From the human T2T-CHM13v2.0 reference genome, Homo sapiens, in NCBI RefSeq assembly GCF_009914755.1, contig NC_060928.1: DNA of 64,000 nucleotides, one strand, 5' to 3'. The position numbers were made by a program, and so were the translations under genes. Positions within the stretch are counted from its first letter, which is position 1. Each line of letters opens with the position of its first letter. The notes below the pieces were generated by a model. The model was not told the DNA's origin and made no database searches. It worked only from the letters and a program-made list of their open reading frames with translations. Positions 1-13,186 of this stretch are shown in pieces.

Positions 1-1524
1 TGATTTTGGTACACCCAGCTCCATAGCAAAGAGGCCTGGTTAGTGCAAGAAGCATCTCTGGCAATTTCCCAAGCAGAATGGTTGGGGCAGAACTTGGAAG
101 TGTGGCTTAGTCTTGCACACTAAGTAGACTGTGGTACGCTACGCAAGTTCCAAAGCTTTTGTCTAACCAGCCCGAGAGCTTAGCAGTTGGGGTGGGAAAA
201 GGAAGCGGAGTGTGAGGTGGGCTCCTTTAGTAATAGGTTTTGCAGCAGGGTTGGGATTCATAATCCAATCCATCTTCTGTCTACAGGGACTGCTGGTCAG
301 TGATAATGGTTTCAAAAGATGAAAAACCTGTAAGTCATTTTTCACAGGATGAGGTGTCACTGAGGGCAGGACACAAAGAAAGAAGAGCACACTTATTGGA
401 AGAGATGATCTTTTAGGAAAAGAATGAACATTCCTTGCCCAAGGGAGAAAGAGAAGGGGTGTGGCAGGTGTCAATCTGGCCATCCAGTTAGATTGCTGGT
501 GTTTGCACAAATAAAACACTAGGTGTCTCTTGGGAATTCAGTTTTGTTATTACGTTGGCTGTATTCAGAGAATCCTGTTATTTGTATATTCTTTGTATTT
601 ATGCATCATGTCAAAATTTGAAATCCTATACCTTAAATTCTGGTAATTTGTTTGCAAAAAAAGGTGACAATGAATTTAAATATTATTTAAAAATGTATTG
701 TTTGCAAGACCTTAATAGAGATTAAATGTATACTATCAGCTTTGTGCTTTGCTGGGAAGCTGCTATATTCAGCATTTAAAATGAGATTTGTCAGATCCCA
801 AGCTTATGTCGATTCTATAAAAGTTTAATGATCTACTTCCAGGTCTAGCAGCATTTAGGATTTATTTACAGTCTTTATTATAAAATTTGTCCAAAATATA
901 CACATTCCCCAAAGACTTCTGAGCTTAGCAGCAGAAATATAAATGCACCAAAATGAAATATAGCAGATGGTAAAACCTCTGTTTGCTAGTCATTTTTTCT
1001 TCTTTAATCTTCTTTTTTTCTCATTTTCCATTTCTTCTCTATTTGGTAAATACTGAAGGAGGCAAGAGAGGCTGTTTTGTTCCTAGTGAAGCATTTAAGG
1101 GAGGCTGTTAAATAAGTTGAATAACATAAGAAAAGATCATCAATATGTAGTCCTTTTCCTTCCATTGTCCTGGATATTTAGCAAAGTAGAAGCTGGAAAT
1201 CAGCATAAGAAACTAGGAATCATGAAATCAAGTAATGTGTGGGAGGAAACTTAGAGATTATCCAAGGCAATTTCCTTATTTTACAGTTGAGAAAGCAGCA
1301 ACTTTCTACTGGAAACTTAGAGTTGGATGGTTGTACCTATAATCTAATTACAAAACTCAAGCAACTCAGCATACTTTACTACTCAGCCTCTGTGTTGTAG
1401 TTGCCTAAACACCTTGCCTCAAAATTCCTTGACTTCCTCAAGTTAAGGAACCAGTAATGGTTATATCCATTTCCACCATCCTCTAAACATGGCAATGTTT
1501 TAGAACTCATTGTCAGTTAAATGA

Positions 1525-1700
1525 GGGGTTATTAAACATTAAAGTGTCTCCACAGGATCTGGAGTGCTAAGAAACACAGACTCCTACACTCACTCCCCAG
1601 AGGTTCTTTTGTAAATCCATAGCGGGGCTCAGTAATCTGCAGTTTAGTAAATACTCAAGCTGATTCCAATGCAGAAGTTGCAAGGTTCCCATGGTTTTGA
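1525..1700. mobile_element. MER5A-like hAT-Charlie MITE, degraded
   Basis: 'cacagactcctacactcactccccagaggttc...gtaatctgcagtttagtaaatactcaagctgattccaatgca' resembles the MER5A core; edges approximate. Confidence 0.6.
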
Positions 1701-1859
1701 ATGCTGACTTTGCCATAATTTATTATATGATCTAGAACAAGTGACTAGATGTCCTTAAGCCTCAATTAAGTCTGTACAATGGGCCTAAGAATATCTGTCT
1801 TATAGGATTGCTATGTCAATTTGTTTGAATTATTATATGAAAAGCACATAGAAGGCATT
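1700..1859 (+). mobile_element. MIR SINE fragment (host of the Alu at 1864)
   Basis: 'aacaagtgactagatgtccttaagcctcaattaagtctgtacaatggg...ataggattgctatg' resembles the MIR core. Confidence 0.6.
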
Positions 1860-1863
1860 ATTA

Positions 1864-2143
1864 GCCTGTAATCCCAGCACTTTGGAAGGCCGAGGCAGGC
1901 GGATCACGATGTCAGGAGTTGAGAGCAGCCTGAACAACATGGTGAAACCCTGTCTCTACTAAAAATACAAAAATTAGCCGGGCATGATGGTGTGCATGCC
2001 TGTAATCCCAGCTACTCAGCTGAGGCAGAAGAATCACTTGAATCACTTGAACCTGGGAGGCGGAGGTTGCAGTGAGCCGAGATTGCACCATTGCACTCCA
2101 GCCTGGGTGACAGGGTGAGACTCCGTCTCAAAAAAAAAAAAAA
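1864..2143 (+). mobile_element. AluS (Sg-like), 5'-truncated by about 20 bp
   Basis: Starts at gcctgtaatcccagc; dimeric; poly(A) tail; TSD agaaggcatt at 1850-1859 and 2144-2153; internal 9-bp tandem duplication gaatcactt at 2031-2048. Confidence 0.95.
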
Positions 2144-3235
2144 AGAAGGCATTTCTAAGCAGTATCCTTACTGCTCTGTGTCCAGACAAAATAATACTAT
2201 ATGACAATGAAAAAGCTTAACATCTGCATTTAAATTAAATGTGAAATTATTATACAAAAACTAAGATAAATCAGTAGTGTTTTCAGTAAAATATTTCAGT
2301 ATCCTTTGGTGGAGTAAAGCAATTTATGGATTAATATGAAACAATCATTCTTTCACTTTTTAATAGATCAGTAACTTTTTAGTATATCAGAATTTTAATA
2401 ATAAATGACACATTTATAGAGTCGTTAGGTCCCAAATGGGGGGCTAGAATGGGGGAATCTAACCTAGCAGCTCAGCCACATGTTCATCCCTCTTCTTCCA
2501 ATCCCAATTATTCTTACACTAAAACATCCCTCATGTCAACACATTTACTGTGACTTCATCCTCTACCCTCTTCTTCTCAATGATTCACAGAGAAGTTTCC
2601 CTTACTCTTTTCCTCCCTTCCTCCTTTCTTGGCTACCTAACATTTGTGTAGCCCAGTGATAGGCACATAGAGTTATTTGTCTGAGGGTTGTGATTGACTA
2701 ACGCTGCAGGAATTTAGATGAGGTAGAGATTACCGCGGACTGGAGTGGTTAGGGAAGACGTTTTGGAGTTAGTGGGAATTGATGTTTTCTGAGGCATGGA
2801 GGGAGGAGAAGCAGGGCATGGCCCTTTGTTTAGGCATGTGGGCGTGGACAGAGGACTCGTGGAGATAAGATTGAAAAGGTACATTGGAGATGGTTGGGAA
2901 AGGTCCTGCTTAGCTAGAGATAAAAAAGAACAATAGGTTAGAAAATAGTGTTCTCTAAAGGAATGGTTTTCAAACACTGTTTAATAAAACTCTTGGGTAC
3001 AAGCACTTCAGACATTCTGAATGGAATTTTATTTTAAAATCTATTTGAATCATTACAAAAACCTGTAACATAAAGTACACACCCAAATTTGGTATTTGCC
3101 ACCTTATAACACAATAAATATCACTTCTATATTCTCTCTTGTGACACCAATTTACTAATTTAGTTCAGGCCTAGGATATAACTTCTGCTGTTATTTTGTC
3201 TGTATTCTGAAAGTGATATGAACTTGCTAAGATAG

Positions 3236-3655
3236 TGTGGTAGTCTACTTTGCATTGCTATAAAGGAATAGCTGAGGCTGGGTAATCTATAAGGAAAAGA
3301 GGTTTATTTGACTCATGGCTCTGCAGGCCATACTAGCATGGCACCAGTATCTGCTTGGCTCCTGATGAGGCCTTAAGAAGCTTTTACTCATGGCAGAGGG
3401 CCAAAGGGGAGTAGGCATGTCACATGGTGAGACAAGGAGAAAGAGAGAGACAGGGGAGGTGCCACGCTCTTTTTAACAATCAGATCTTGTGGCAGCTAAT
3501 GGAGTGAGAACTCCTTCATTACTGCAAGGAGGGCACCATGCATTCATAAGGGATCTGCCCCCATGACCCAAACACCTCCCATTTGTTCCCACCTCCAACA
3601 TTGGGGTCACATTTCAACATGAGATTTGGAAGGGACAAATATACAAACTACAACA
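3236..3655 (-). mobile_element. MST-family MaLR solo LTR (MSTB/MSTA-like)
   Basis: TG...CA termini; 'gctgaggctgggtaatctataaggaaaagaggtttatttgactcatgg' and 'ccatgacccaaacacctccc...acatgagatttgg'; 5-bp flanks gatag/gagag. Confidence 0.9.
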
Positions 3656-4199
3656 GAGAGCTAATATAAAATGTATGCCTTTTGCAGCTTCTGATCAGTG
3701 TGAATCAGCATTTTTGTTCTCAGTGAAGTGCAACAAATAAATTCAGATGCTGAATTTGATAAGACTACAGCTGTCACTTGACTCCTCCAATTTAAAGTTT
3801 TCATGCAATTTTCTTTTTGATACACTTAGACCTTTCTATTTCAGTGCTTTGGGCAGGAGCCATCCATGAAAGAGCAAAATGAAATTCTGCTGGTAAAAAA
3901 ATGTTGAAAGCCATAGTCCAAGGCCACCTAGTCTCTACTGAATCTTAAAGAATGGAGTCAGGTGTATGGAATATTTCAAAGGTTTATTTGTATGGCACTT
4001 TTAGCAGTGAAATTACACATCGATAGCTGGAAAGATTGGATAGTTTGTGAGGGATTGGAGGCAAATAAAACAGAGCCACAGAAAGTATGTGAAAAACAAC
4101 TAACTGCTTCACATACCATGAATGGACATAGGTCTGGACAAGAATAATGGTGATAAAAATAAGGGAGAGAGAAGTTAAATAATTATTACAAAATAATAA

Positions 4200-4670
4200 C
4201 TGGTAATTCATGGTGCTTCCAGGAATTTTGAGAGATTGAGGAAGAAAGGATAGGAAACAAGAGATGCCCAGATTTTGAAAAGGATTTTTAGAAGAACAGG
4301 AATAGAGAAGTAGGAGGAGTCAGGTTTGAAAAGACATGGATATGTTTAATATGTTTAATTTTACTACCCAAAGTTACATGCTTAGGGAATATATCCAAGT
4401 GGACTTGCTCACTGGGCAGATGTGGACATATAAAGAAGCTTTAGAGAGAGTGAGGTCTGAAGTAGTGAGGGTAGATGAGATCTTTGAAAGTCAGTGACAA
4501 GAAGATGTTGGGCTTTGGAGGACAGTGACGATGCTGAGGAGCAGAATCACAAAAGGAGATGTAGAGAAGTCCAAGAAGAAGGAGAGCCAGGAAAGAAGTT
4601 GAGTGCCAAAGTGTGGTATAGGAACAAACCAAATCAAGGAATGAGTCAAAGTCCAGCCAACGGAGCTTCT
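4200..4670 (-). mobile_element. L2 LINE fragment
   Basis: Purine-rich tract with 'atccaagtggacttgctcactgggcagatg' and 'gagggtagatgagatc', typical of antisense L2; edges approximate. Confidence 0.5.
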
Positions 4671-5649
4671 TTTGATGTGTCTTCTTAAAAAATACAGTCT
4701 GTGGCTCTGTTCACAGGGTGAACGATAAACACCCGTGTTCCATTTTCCTCCCTCAGCCCTCTCTCCAGTTGTCAGTGGAAATTGTTACTGTTTCTGAGGT
4801 CCATTTTGTTGACTGTACTCTCCTTAGGGTAAGAAAATAATCTAGAAATGACTGAGACAAGGCTGACTGATATATTAGGACACTTTATAGGCCTCTTGAT
4901 GCCATTGGTACCATGAAGCAGGCAATTCACATCTCAAACCCAGCTCTGAGGAGGAAATTCTGATAGGGTTTACATAGACCATGCTTTTCTCCATATCGCA
5001 CTTTCAGTCTTTGCCTCCATTATCCTAACAACCCACACCTTGTAACTAGCAATGTTAGTAGGAAACACATGTGAGGGAAGCTTGCAAACCCAACCTCAGC
5101 ATCCATTTGGAGAGTGATTTTAGGTTTTCTGTGGTGCTCATATTATATCTTGATTTGTTTCAGACATTCTGGAAAAATATTCAGGTAGACCCAAGCATTC
5201 TTATTTTTATTGTTTAAATCTTTGCCTGTGTTCATCTTCACTTCACATTACTGGACAAGATAAATAACAAAATGTCTAAACTGGACACATCCTACAATAT
5301 GGACAAATGAATGAAGACTGTTAAGAGATTATAAAATCACTCTTTGAGAGATAAGGAGAAAGGTCTACATAGGTTGGGTCTGCTGTCTTTTTGACTGAAT
5401 ACCTAGCAGAGCTTTTCCTAATTTCTTTTGAGTATTGTCCTTTTTTAAACCCCCCAAATACCATGGCATTTGCTCCAGCTGACTGTGGCCCAACACTAGA
5501 TTTCCAGAAGAGATGTCCAAGGATGGACATGGTGCCAAAAGGAATGTTTGTCATGGGCTTTAAACATAGCCCATATAGAGCCATATGGAAACATATCATT
5601 TACAGAAAGAAAACTGGAAGTTAGGGAAGGTACCTACAAAAAGCTAAAA

Positions 5650-5880
5650 ATAGTAACACTATAATTGGACATTTATTGAGTAGTTACTATGTGCCAGGCA
5701 TTCTGGTAATCTTTTTATCAAAACAGGGTCTATGGGCTAATTATTATTCCCATTTTACAGGTGGGAAAACCGAAACGTGGGACCTTTAACAGACATGTCC
5801 AAAGTCACGCAGCAGGTAATTAAGTGAAGGCAGGATTTGAATTCACTTCTGCCTGACTTCAAAATTTATAATCTTAACTT
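5650..5880 (-). mobile_element. MIR SINE
   Basis: 'catttattgagtagttactatgtgccaggca...cccattttacaggtgggaaaaccg...caggatttgaa'. Confidence 0.85.
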
Positions 5881-7489
5881 TTCTACTAAAAAACCTCTAA
5901 ATGGAAGTAGAAAAGCCCACAACAGCATGTGTTGATGGAATATTCTGAGGGTCATAGAACTGAAATTGTTTGTTGTTGCACAATTTCAACCAGCCATGAA
6001 ACCCTGGCTTATCTACAAAACTTACATCTGCTAAGAGTAAAACCTTCTTTCTTTTCACTATAATGAGCTCAAAAGTAATAGCTTTTCCAGTCACGACACT
6101 TGCAATTTGGCTGGAAGATGTGAATAGTCCTTTCTGGACTACAAGCCCAACAGCTGTTCACATTTATACAGTAGGTTAAAATTTATATTTAAAAAATAGT
6201 GGCTCATAAAGAAAGAATATGGAACAATGACAACTGCAAAAAAGAGATAATTGTATTCATGAAACATGAACTGGTGAGTGATACATTTTTTTAAGCAAAA
6301 CGTGTTGCAGCATTAAATAACGGTGTCTTTAATTAATTCTGCCTAACATTAAAAGAATAAGGTCACTCATACCAAAAAATTGTTGAATAAAGCAAAAATG
6401 TGTGAAAGATATACTCTCTGATGTTACTCATAATGAAGAAGGGTTATCTACTGGTCAATCTACCACCATTATTTCTTAGTTAGAGGTATTACAGTTGAAA
6501 ATAGACAATGGTTATAACAACCTAATGTGATTAACACATAAAATGTACTTTATTGGAGAGAAATTATCCAATCATAACTCAGTTTCTAGAGAGCAAAAGC
6601 AGTCCCTTTGACAAGGAATTTTTAGCGAGAGCTAAAGGGCCACCCACAGAGTGCCCATGCTTGTTGACTTTGCCTGTAAACAGATTAATAAGTGCTTTAG
6701 GTTTGCAAAGGCCTTCCATACACATTCTGGAGCTAACAAACACCCCATTTGGCAGACGAGAAAATTAAGATGCTCCAGGGCAGTGCAAGTAGACTAGATT
6801 TGAGTTCACATCATCAGCCTGGATCCTCTGCCAACAACTCCTCTCTTCTCTCTACCATAGTTTCTAGAAATATTTGGGGACTCTTTTCAATGAATTGTAT
6901 GCAAAAGCACATTGTATAAGTTGTACATGGGGATAGGTTTGAGGGTAGGCAAGAGGTAACCTCACTTCAAGTTCTCTGTGGAGTTGATTAATAAAAGATG
7001 GTGACATTTGAATGCCCAGAGAAGGCTAAAACGTTCATGTGCCTGGGAACTGATAGTTGTAAAATAATTTTTAACATTTCTTTAGAGAGAAGCTGAGCCC
7101 TGAGCATATGTGGAAAGACAGAGGGGACTGCTGGTGGCTTCTCTAACTGCTGTAGCCTGGCTGGTCACTTGACTTTGAGACCTTGGAAGGAAGTGTAGGC
7201 CCGTCTCATGTCCCAAGGACAAGGATGCCCTGTGGAGGGTTTAATCAGCATTTCTTCCAAGGACATAAAATATTCTTCCCGAGAAGAGTTGTACTAAGTT
7301 CATTATTTCCTCTTTGTCATATCTCCACAAATGTCTCTGATACCCCAGTGATAATTCAATACATCTTATAGGATGTTACCCTGTACAATTACTCCACTAG
7401 TCCATTCTTTAGTCAAGCATGAGATGTGATAGATTTTTTTTTTTCATTTGGTGGTGGTTGTTCTCAAAATAAAAACGATTAGCCAAGAA

Positions 7490-8210
7490 GTATTTATTCA
7501 TGCTTGTTATGGGCATAAGACTCTCCTGGGGATACAGAAAGTACTCTTGTTCTCAAGAAGTTTATAACTCAGGGAAGATATAACTAATATATATGAAACT
7601 ATCAAGTGAGATTTCACTAGTGAACTACTTCACATCATGAGAGTCTAGAGAAGGAGGTAGTATTTAAGCTATATTTTAAAATGCGGCTAGAATCTTGTGA
7701 GGAAGAACTGGGGAAGGATGGAGAATAAACTATTCCAGGTAAGGAGAATAGGAACAAAATTTTGTGAATTGGAGTGAATATTGTTCATGAAAGAGACAGC
7801 AAAGAGCTGACTTGGAAGATAGGTATTGAGGGAGAGTGAAAAATAAAGAGTAACCTAATATAATCAAACGTGAAACCCAAGAAGGGGGATTTATTTGATC
7901 TGTTAGAAAAGAGAGATTAATCACAATTGACTTGAAAGGGGAATAGAAGAACTTTAAAAGGATGAGTCTGGCATGATATTCATGATGGCCATTTATGATG
8001 AGACATGGGGGTGGGAGCTGGGGAGTGGAAGGAAGTATTGTCTTGGGAATGGGAAAAAGTGGTGAGGAGCCTGTTAAAAGAATCCAGGCAAATATCTAGT
8101 GAAGCTAGTGATAGGAAAGGGGAGTGGAAAAAAGGCAAATTTAATAGGTTTGTCAAAGGCAAATAGGTAAACATGAAGAGAAAGGGAGAGAGAGATGAAA
8201 GATATTAGCC
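7490..8210 (-). mobile_element. L2 LINE fragment(s)
   Basis: 'tatttattcatgcttgttatgggc...ttctcaagaagtttata' followed by antisense-L2-like purine-rich sequence; edges approximate. Confidence 0.5.
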
Positions 8211-9476
8211 AAAAAATAGTAGAAATTAAAGTGTCAAGGCTTATGAAGTATTAAGTCTTAATTGATGTAAGAAAACAACTTTATGTCAAGTTTTAGAAAG
8301 CAAGTAACATACATTGATTAATAAAAGGTCTGGTGCAAATGCCTTCTTTAAAAAGCCGTTCTAACCTATTTACAATAATCGAGTCTTCAATGAAATGATC
8401 GATTAAAAACCCCTCTTTCTTTTGAGTTCTCATCACTCTTTTAAAATGATTCGATTATAATTACATGATCAGGAGGCATGTCTTATTCTTTCATGATGCC
8501 CAGTGATTATCACAGTACCTGGTGTATAGTAAGCATTTTATAAGGGCTTGTGAATGAAGGAAATAGCAAACTGTGATGTTCAGATCACAGATAAAGAAAT
8601 TCCTCATTAACATTGATAGGACCAAAATTATATTACTGAAAGGAAATAATTTTATAGTTCAAATTCTTCTTGTTGCAGATGAGAAAACTGAGAAAATATA
8701 GTGCAACATTTTCTAACATTTTTGGTAAGTGGTATACCAGCCCCTGCTTAAACACTTTTAGTGGAGAAGAAACTTACTAAATTTTTGGACAGGTTAACCG
8801 TTATCCATTTCTTCTTGTGCTGAGTGCAAATACTACTTATTAACTACTCATCAGTATTAAAAATGTCCAATGGCAAATGGATCAATTTCTCTTTTTATTT
8901 AAACATAGTTATCATGAACTCGCAATACCCACTCTTTTCTTTTTTATCTTCATTCTTGCAACTCTTCTTCATGTTTACTGCATTTGAGATTCCAGTCATT
9001 CTGGTGTGCTCCTCTGTAGGTGAATTCTTGGTAAATGATGTCTACTTTCAAGGGTGGCAATGTTAAACACATTACTTCTGGTCTGATTTTGGTAATAATC
9101 AGCATTAAAATAAGTTTAAAATATAAACTTATTTTAATGAACAGTTTTTCTTAATGTATACTAATGCTTTGTTTACATTTTTTGTTAACTTATATTGAGT
9201 TTATAGTCAATACAACTGATTCTTTTTCTCATGGGCTGAGATTTGTACAATAGTTTTTCACTATTGGATTTCATCTAATTATATGTTGCTCATTCTGTTT
9301 AGATGCAGTGATTTCAAATCATAACCCTGTCATTCAACATCCTACTTTTTCTCTCTATATTCCAACTCTGAAACTTTGAAAACTTGATATGCATGATATA
9401 TACAACCCTACATAAATAGTACTGTCATTCTACAAAATATAAACTATATATACAACTAATAGCCAATATTTATCTA

Positions 9477-10004
<528 letters not shown>

Positions 10005-10269
10005 TTAACATGGTATACTTTGTTCTCACAATAGCTATTAATGTCTGATAGAACTAGTGTTCTGTGTAAGAGGTTTGGAAGATGCTAATATACAAACTCC
10101 TCACAATTAAAATTAAAATGAAATTTGTCTGGAATGGGTTGCTATTCATAAACTCATGTTGACTCTTAACAATCATGTTTCCTCTTTATGTGCTCACAAA
10201 CTGATGTCTCCAACAAACAATAATAAGTTCTAAAATTTGGCTGAAGTTGACTTCAAGCTTATAGATTTA

Positions 10270-10400
10270 CAGCAGAGTTTCAGCTCTGGCTTTGCATCAG
10301 AATTACCCGTGAAAAGTTTTAAGAAATCTAGATGCTTGCATTTCAGCCTTGGAGCTCATGATTCCATAGAGCGGGGTGGGGCCAGAGACACACAGGCAGA
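10270..10400. mobile_element. MER5A-like MITE fragment
   Basis: 'ctggctttgcatcagaattacccgtgaaaagttttaagaaatctagatgc...ggggtggggcca'. Confidence 0.6.
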
Positions 10401-11279
10401 GTTGTTAACTCCTGATGTATGGTTTGGGGCACCTGCTGCCCTTCCCTTTTTGAAAGTTGAGATATCATACTTTCCTCACCATCCAGCACTGTGCCTATTT
10501 TCCACACAGTTTCTCAGAGGCCTCTAATAATGGCTGACAGAAACTTGAGCACATTTAGAACAAGGCTGTCTGTTGTTCTCGCCATTTGTCATGGCCTTCA
10601 ATTCTCTCATTCCAATATTTGCTCTACTTTTCCCAATCAATTATTCTCCTTGACATAGAAGATAAAAGCAAAATAAAAATTGAGTAACTCTGCTTTCTGT
10701 TTGTCATCAGTCAATATTATTACATTGATGCTAAAAATCATATCTATGCCTTCCAAAACTAAAACAGCCTCTTTGTCTTCTATGACATACTTGAAAATTC
10801 TCAGTACATTCTGGGATTTTGCTTCTTGAATTATTATTCACTCTTCTCACATATTCCCACGTGTCCATCTTTCCTTCAATATTATATACATACACGGATG
10901 TAATGATTTTTGACGTGAAATTTTATATTGGTATCATGAAAGAAGCATTATAATAGTTTATGTTCCTAATTAACACTACCAGAAAGCGTTTCTTAAGAAC
11001 TCCTTGTTTGCTCATTCATCTATCATTGTGGCGTCATGCTTCATGCCCTCTTCAGGAAGAATAGGAGAAAGAAAAACAAGAAAAAGAGAATGGATCCCAG
11101 ATACATTGGCCATGTGCAGCTTAGGAAAAGGTAATTTGCTTTAAAGTCACTGTTATTGGCAACCACACAAACATAGTAGAATAGAGTATGTGGTTTTTTT
11201 TTTTTTTTTTTCATCTATCAAACACATCCCCTCATTGCCTTCAATCAAGGTCAGAAGTCGTTAACCTGTATTCCAAGAA

Positions 11280-11632
11280 CTTTTGAGTTGTGGCCCTTGT
11301 TCCTATACCTTTCATTCATTTCCTATTTCATTCTCTCTCCACCCGTGCTCTTCACATACTTTCACTAGGTGTCTGAATAATTCTTTCTTGTCCTTCAAAC
11401 AGCAACCTAGACATCATTTCCTATGTGAAGACCGCCCTTATACCAAAGCAGACGTTGCTCCCTTGTGTTCCTATGGCAGTAGATCCTTTCCTGTCCCTTT
11501 CATTCATAATCTGTTTTCTTGCCTTTTCCTCTCATTGGAACATTAAGGCTTGTGTGTCATTCATTGCTGTACTTTAATGTACCCAGCACAGCTCTTTATA
11601 CTGTACCTAATAAATACATGTTGAATGAATGA
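11280..11632 (+). mobile_element. L2 3' end
   Basis: Ends 'cccagcacag...aataaatacatgttgaatgaatga', the canonical L2 terminus. Confidence 0.7.
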
Positions 11633-11817
11633 CAGAAGAAAACAGGGCACTTCTCCCTGCATCTTGATCCTCCTGATAAAATACAGTTTTGGTTTTATCA
11701 GCGAGTTTGAGCCAGGAAATCTGTGGAAGAAAAAGCTTTCTTTAAGCATCTGTAGCAAAAATGCAAACTGATGTTTTCAGTCCTCTAGCTGCAGATAATA
11801 TGAAAGACAGGAAGTAT

Positions 11818-11821
<4 letters not shown>

Positions 11822-11856
<35 letters not shown>
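11822..11856. repeat. (TG)17 microsatellite
   Basis: Directly visible. Confidence 0.98.
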
Positions 11857-11860
<4 letters not shown>

Positions 11861-12814
11861 CGGTTTTCAGCTGGAGCTGGCAGTGCAAAGACTTTCAGAA
11901 AATAATTTTTCTATTTGTAAACTGAAGGAATGTGATATGGAAGTAAATGAGGAAGAATAAATATGGAGTGACACAGTATGGTTTTATAGTCACTTTTGGG
12001 GAGATGACTGTACTGTAGAAAAGGATGGTGATACATAAGGGGCTAAAATGATTAATTATTTTCCTCACATAATAATTCAGGATCATGTGATAATGGTTCT
12101 GGATCCATTCTATACATTAAACTGTGAAATCCGTTCACTGCAGTTTTCTGAATTTTTTGTTTAGTTTATCTGAGTTTTCCTTCTGGCGTATTGAGGAACT
12201 CATGTGGTGTAGTTACCTTTCATAAGGGAACAGTGCTTGATTCTGCCACCAGAAATAAACTGGATTCAGATATAGTTTGGAATAAAAATGCACAGTACTT
12301 TTCTAATTATGCATATTTAATATTAGAACTTATATAAAAACATGAAATCTTGAGAACTGTTATTCACAAAATATGAATTTATACTCCATTTAGGTTACTA
12401 CAAATCTGAGGACCTAAGTATTTTTGAGATTTATCTTAAGCTTGATCCATTTAATTTCTAATAATAAATACAAAGTAATCTCTTCATCTAGGCCACTTAC
12501 CATGAAACAAGCTGCTCTATCCAGGAATGCTCACTGCCATCTACAATGTTGGGAATTATGAGCTCAGTTTCTAGGACTGGGGCCCTGTTCCCCCACCTCT
12601 GTGACCCAGATCCAGCTCAGGGACTGGAACAGAGATGAGCTCAGTAAATGCTTATTTCCTAAGTCAATGAAGTCTGTTCAGTATTTGTGCATCACAACGA
12701 ATTCTTGCTGGGGTTATCGTGGTCTCTCATATCTAGGGTCCCATTTGACTTCCACCCTAACAATAAAACACAGGTTATGTTTCTAATAGCCTTTTTTACA
12801 GTACAGTACAGTAC

Positions 12815-13186
12815 AGTCTTAGTCTCTCAGGTTGCTAGACCAAAATACCATAAACTGGTGACTTAAGCAACAAACATGGACTTCTTCATAGTTCAGGAGG
12901 TTGGGAAGTCCAAGATCAAGGCTCTGGAAGATTCAGTGTGTGGTGAGGGCCTGCTTCCTGGCTCATAGACAGCAGTCTTTTCACCGTGTCCTCACATGGT
13001 GGAGAGAAGGAGCAAGCTCTCTCAGGACTCTTATGAGGACACTAATCCCCTTCATGAAGGCTCTTTCCTCATGATCTCATTTAATCCTAACTACTTCCCA
13101 AAGACCCTACTTCTAGTATCATCATATTAGGGGGTGGGGTTTTAATATATGAACTATAGGGGGACACAAACATTCCATCCATAACA
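12815..13186 (-). mobile_element. MLT1A/MLT1A0 MaLR solo LTR
   Basis: 'gtcttagtc...aaaataccataaactgg...gggaagtccaagatcaagg...gggggacacaaacattccatccataaca'; preceded by (tacag)x4. Confidence 0.9.
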
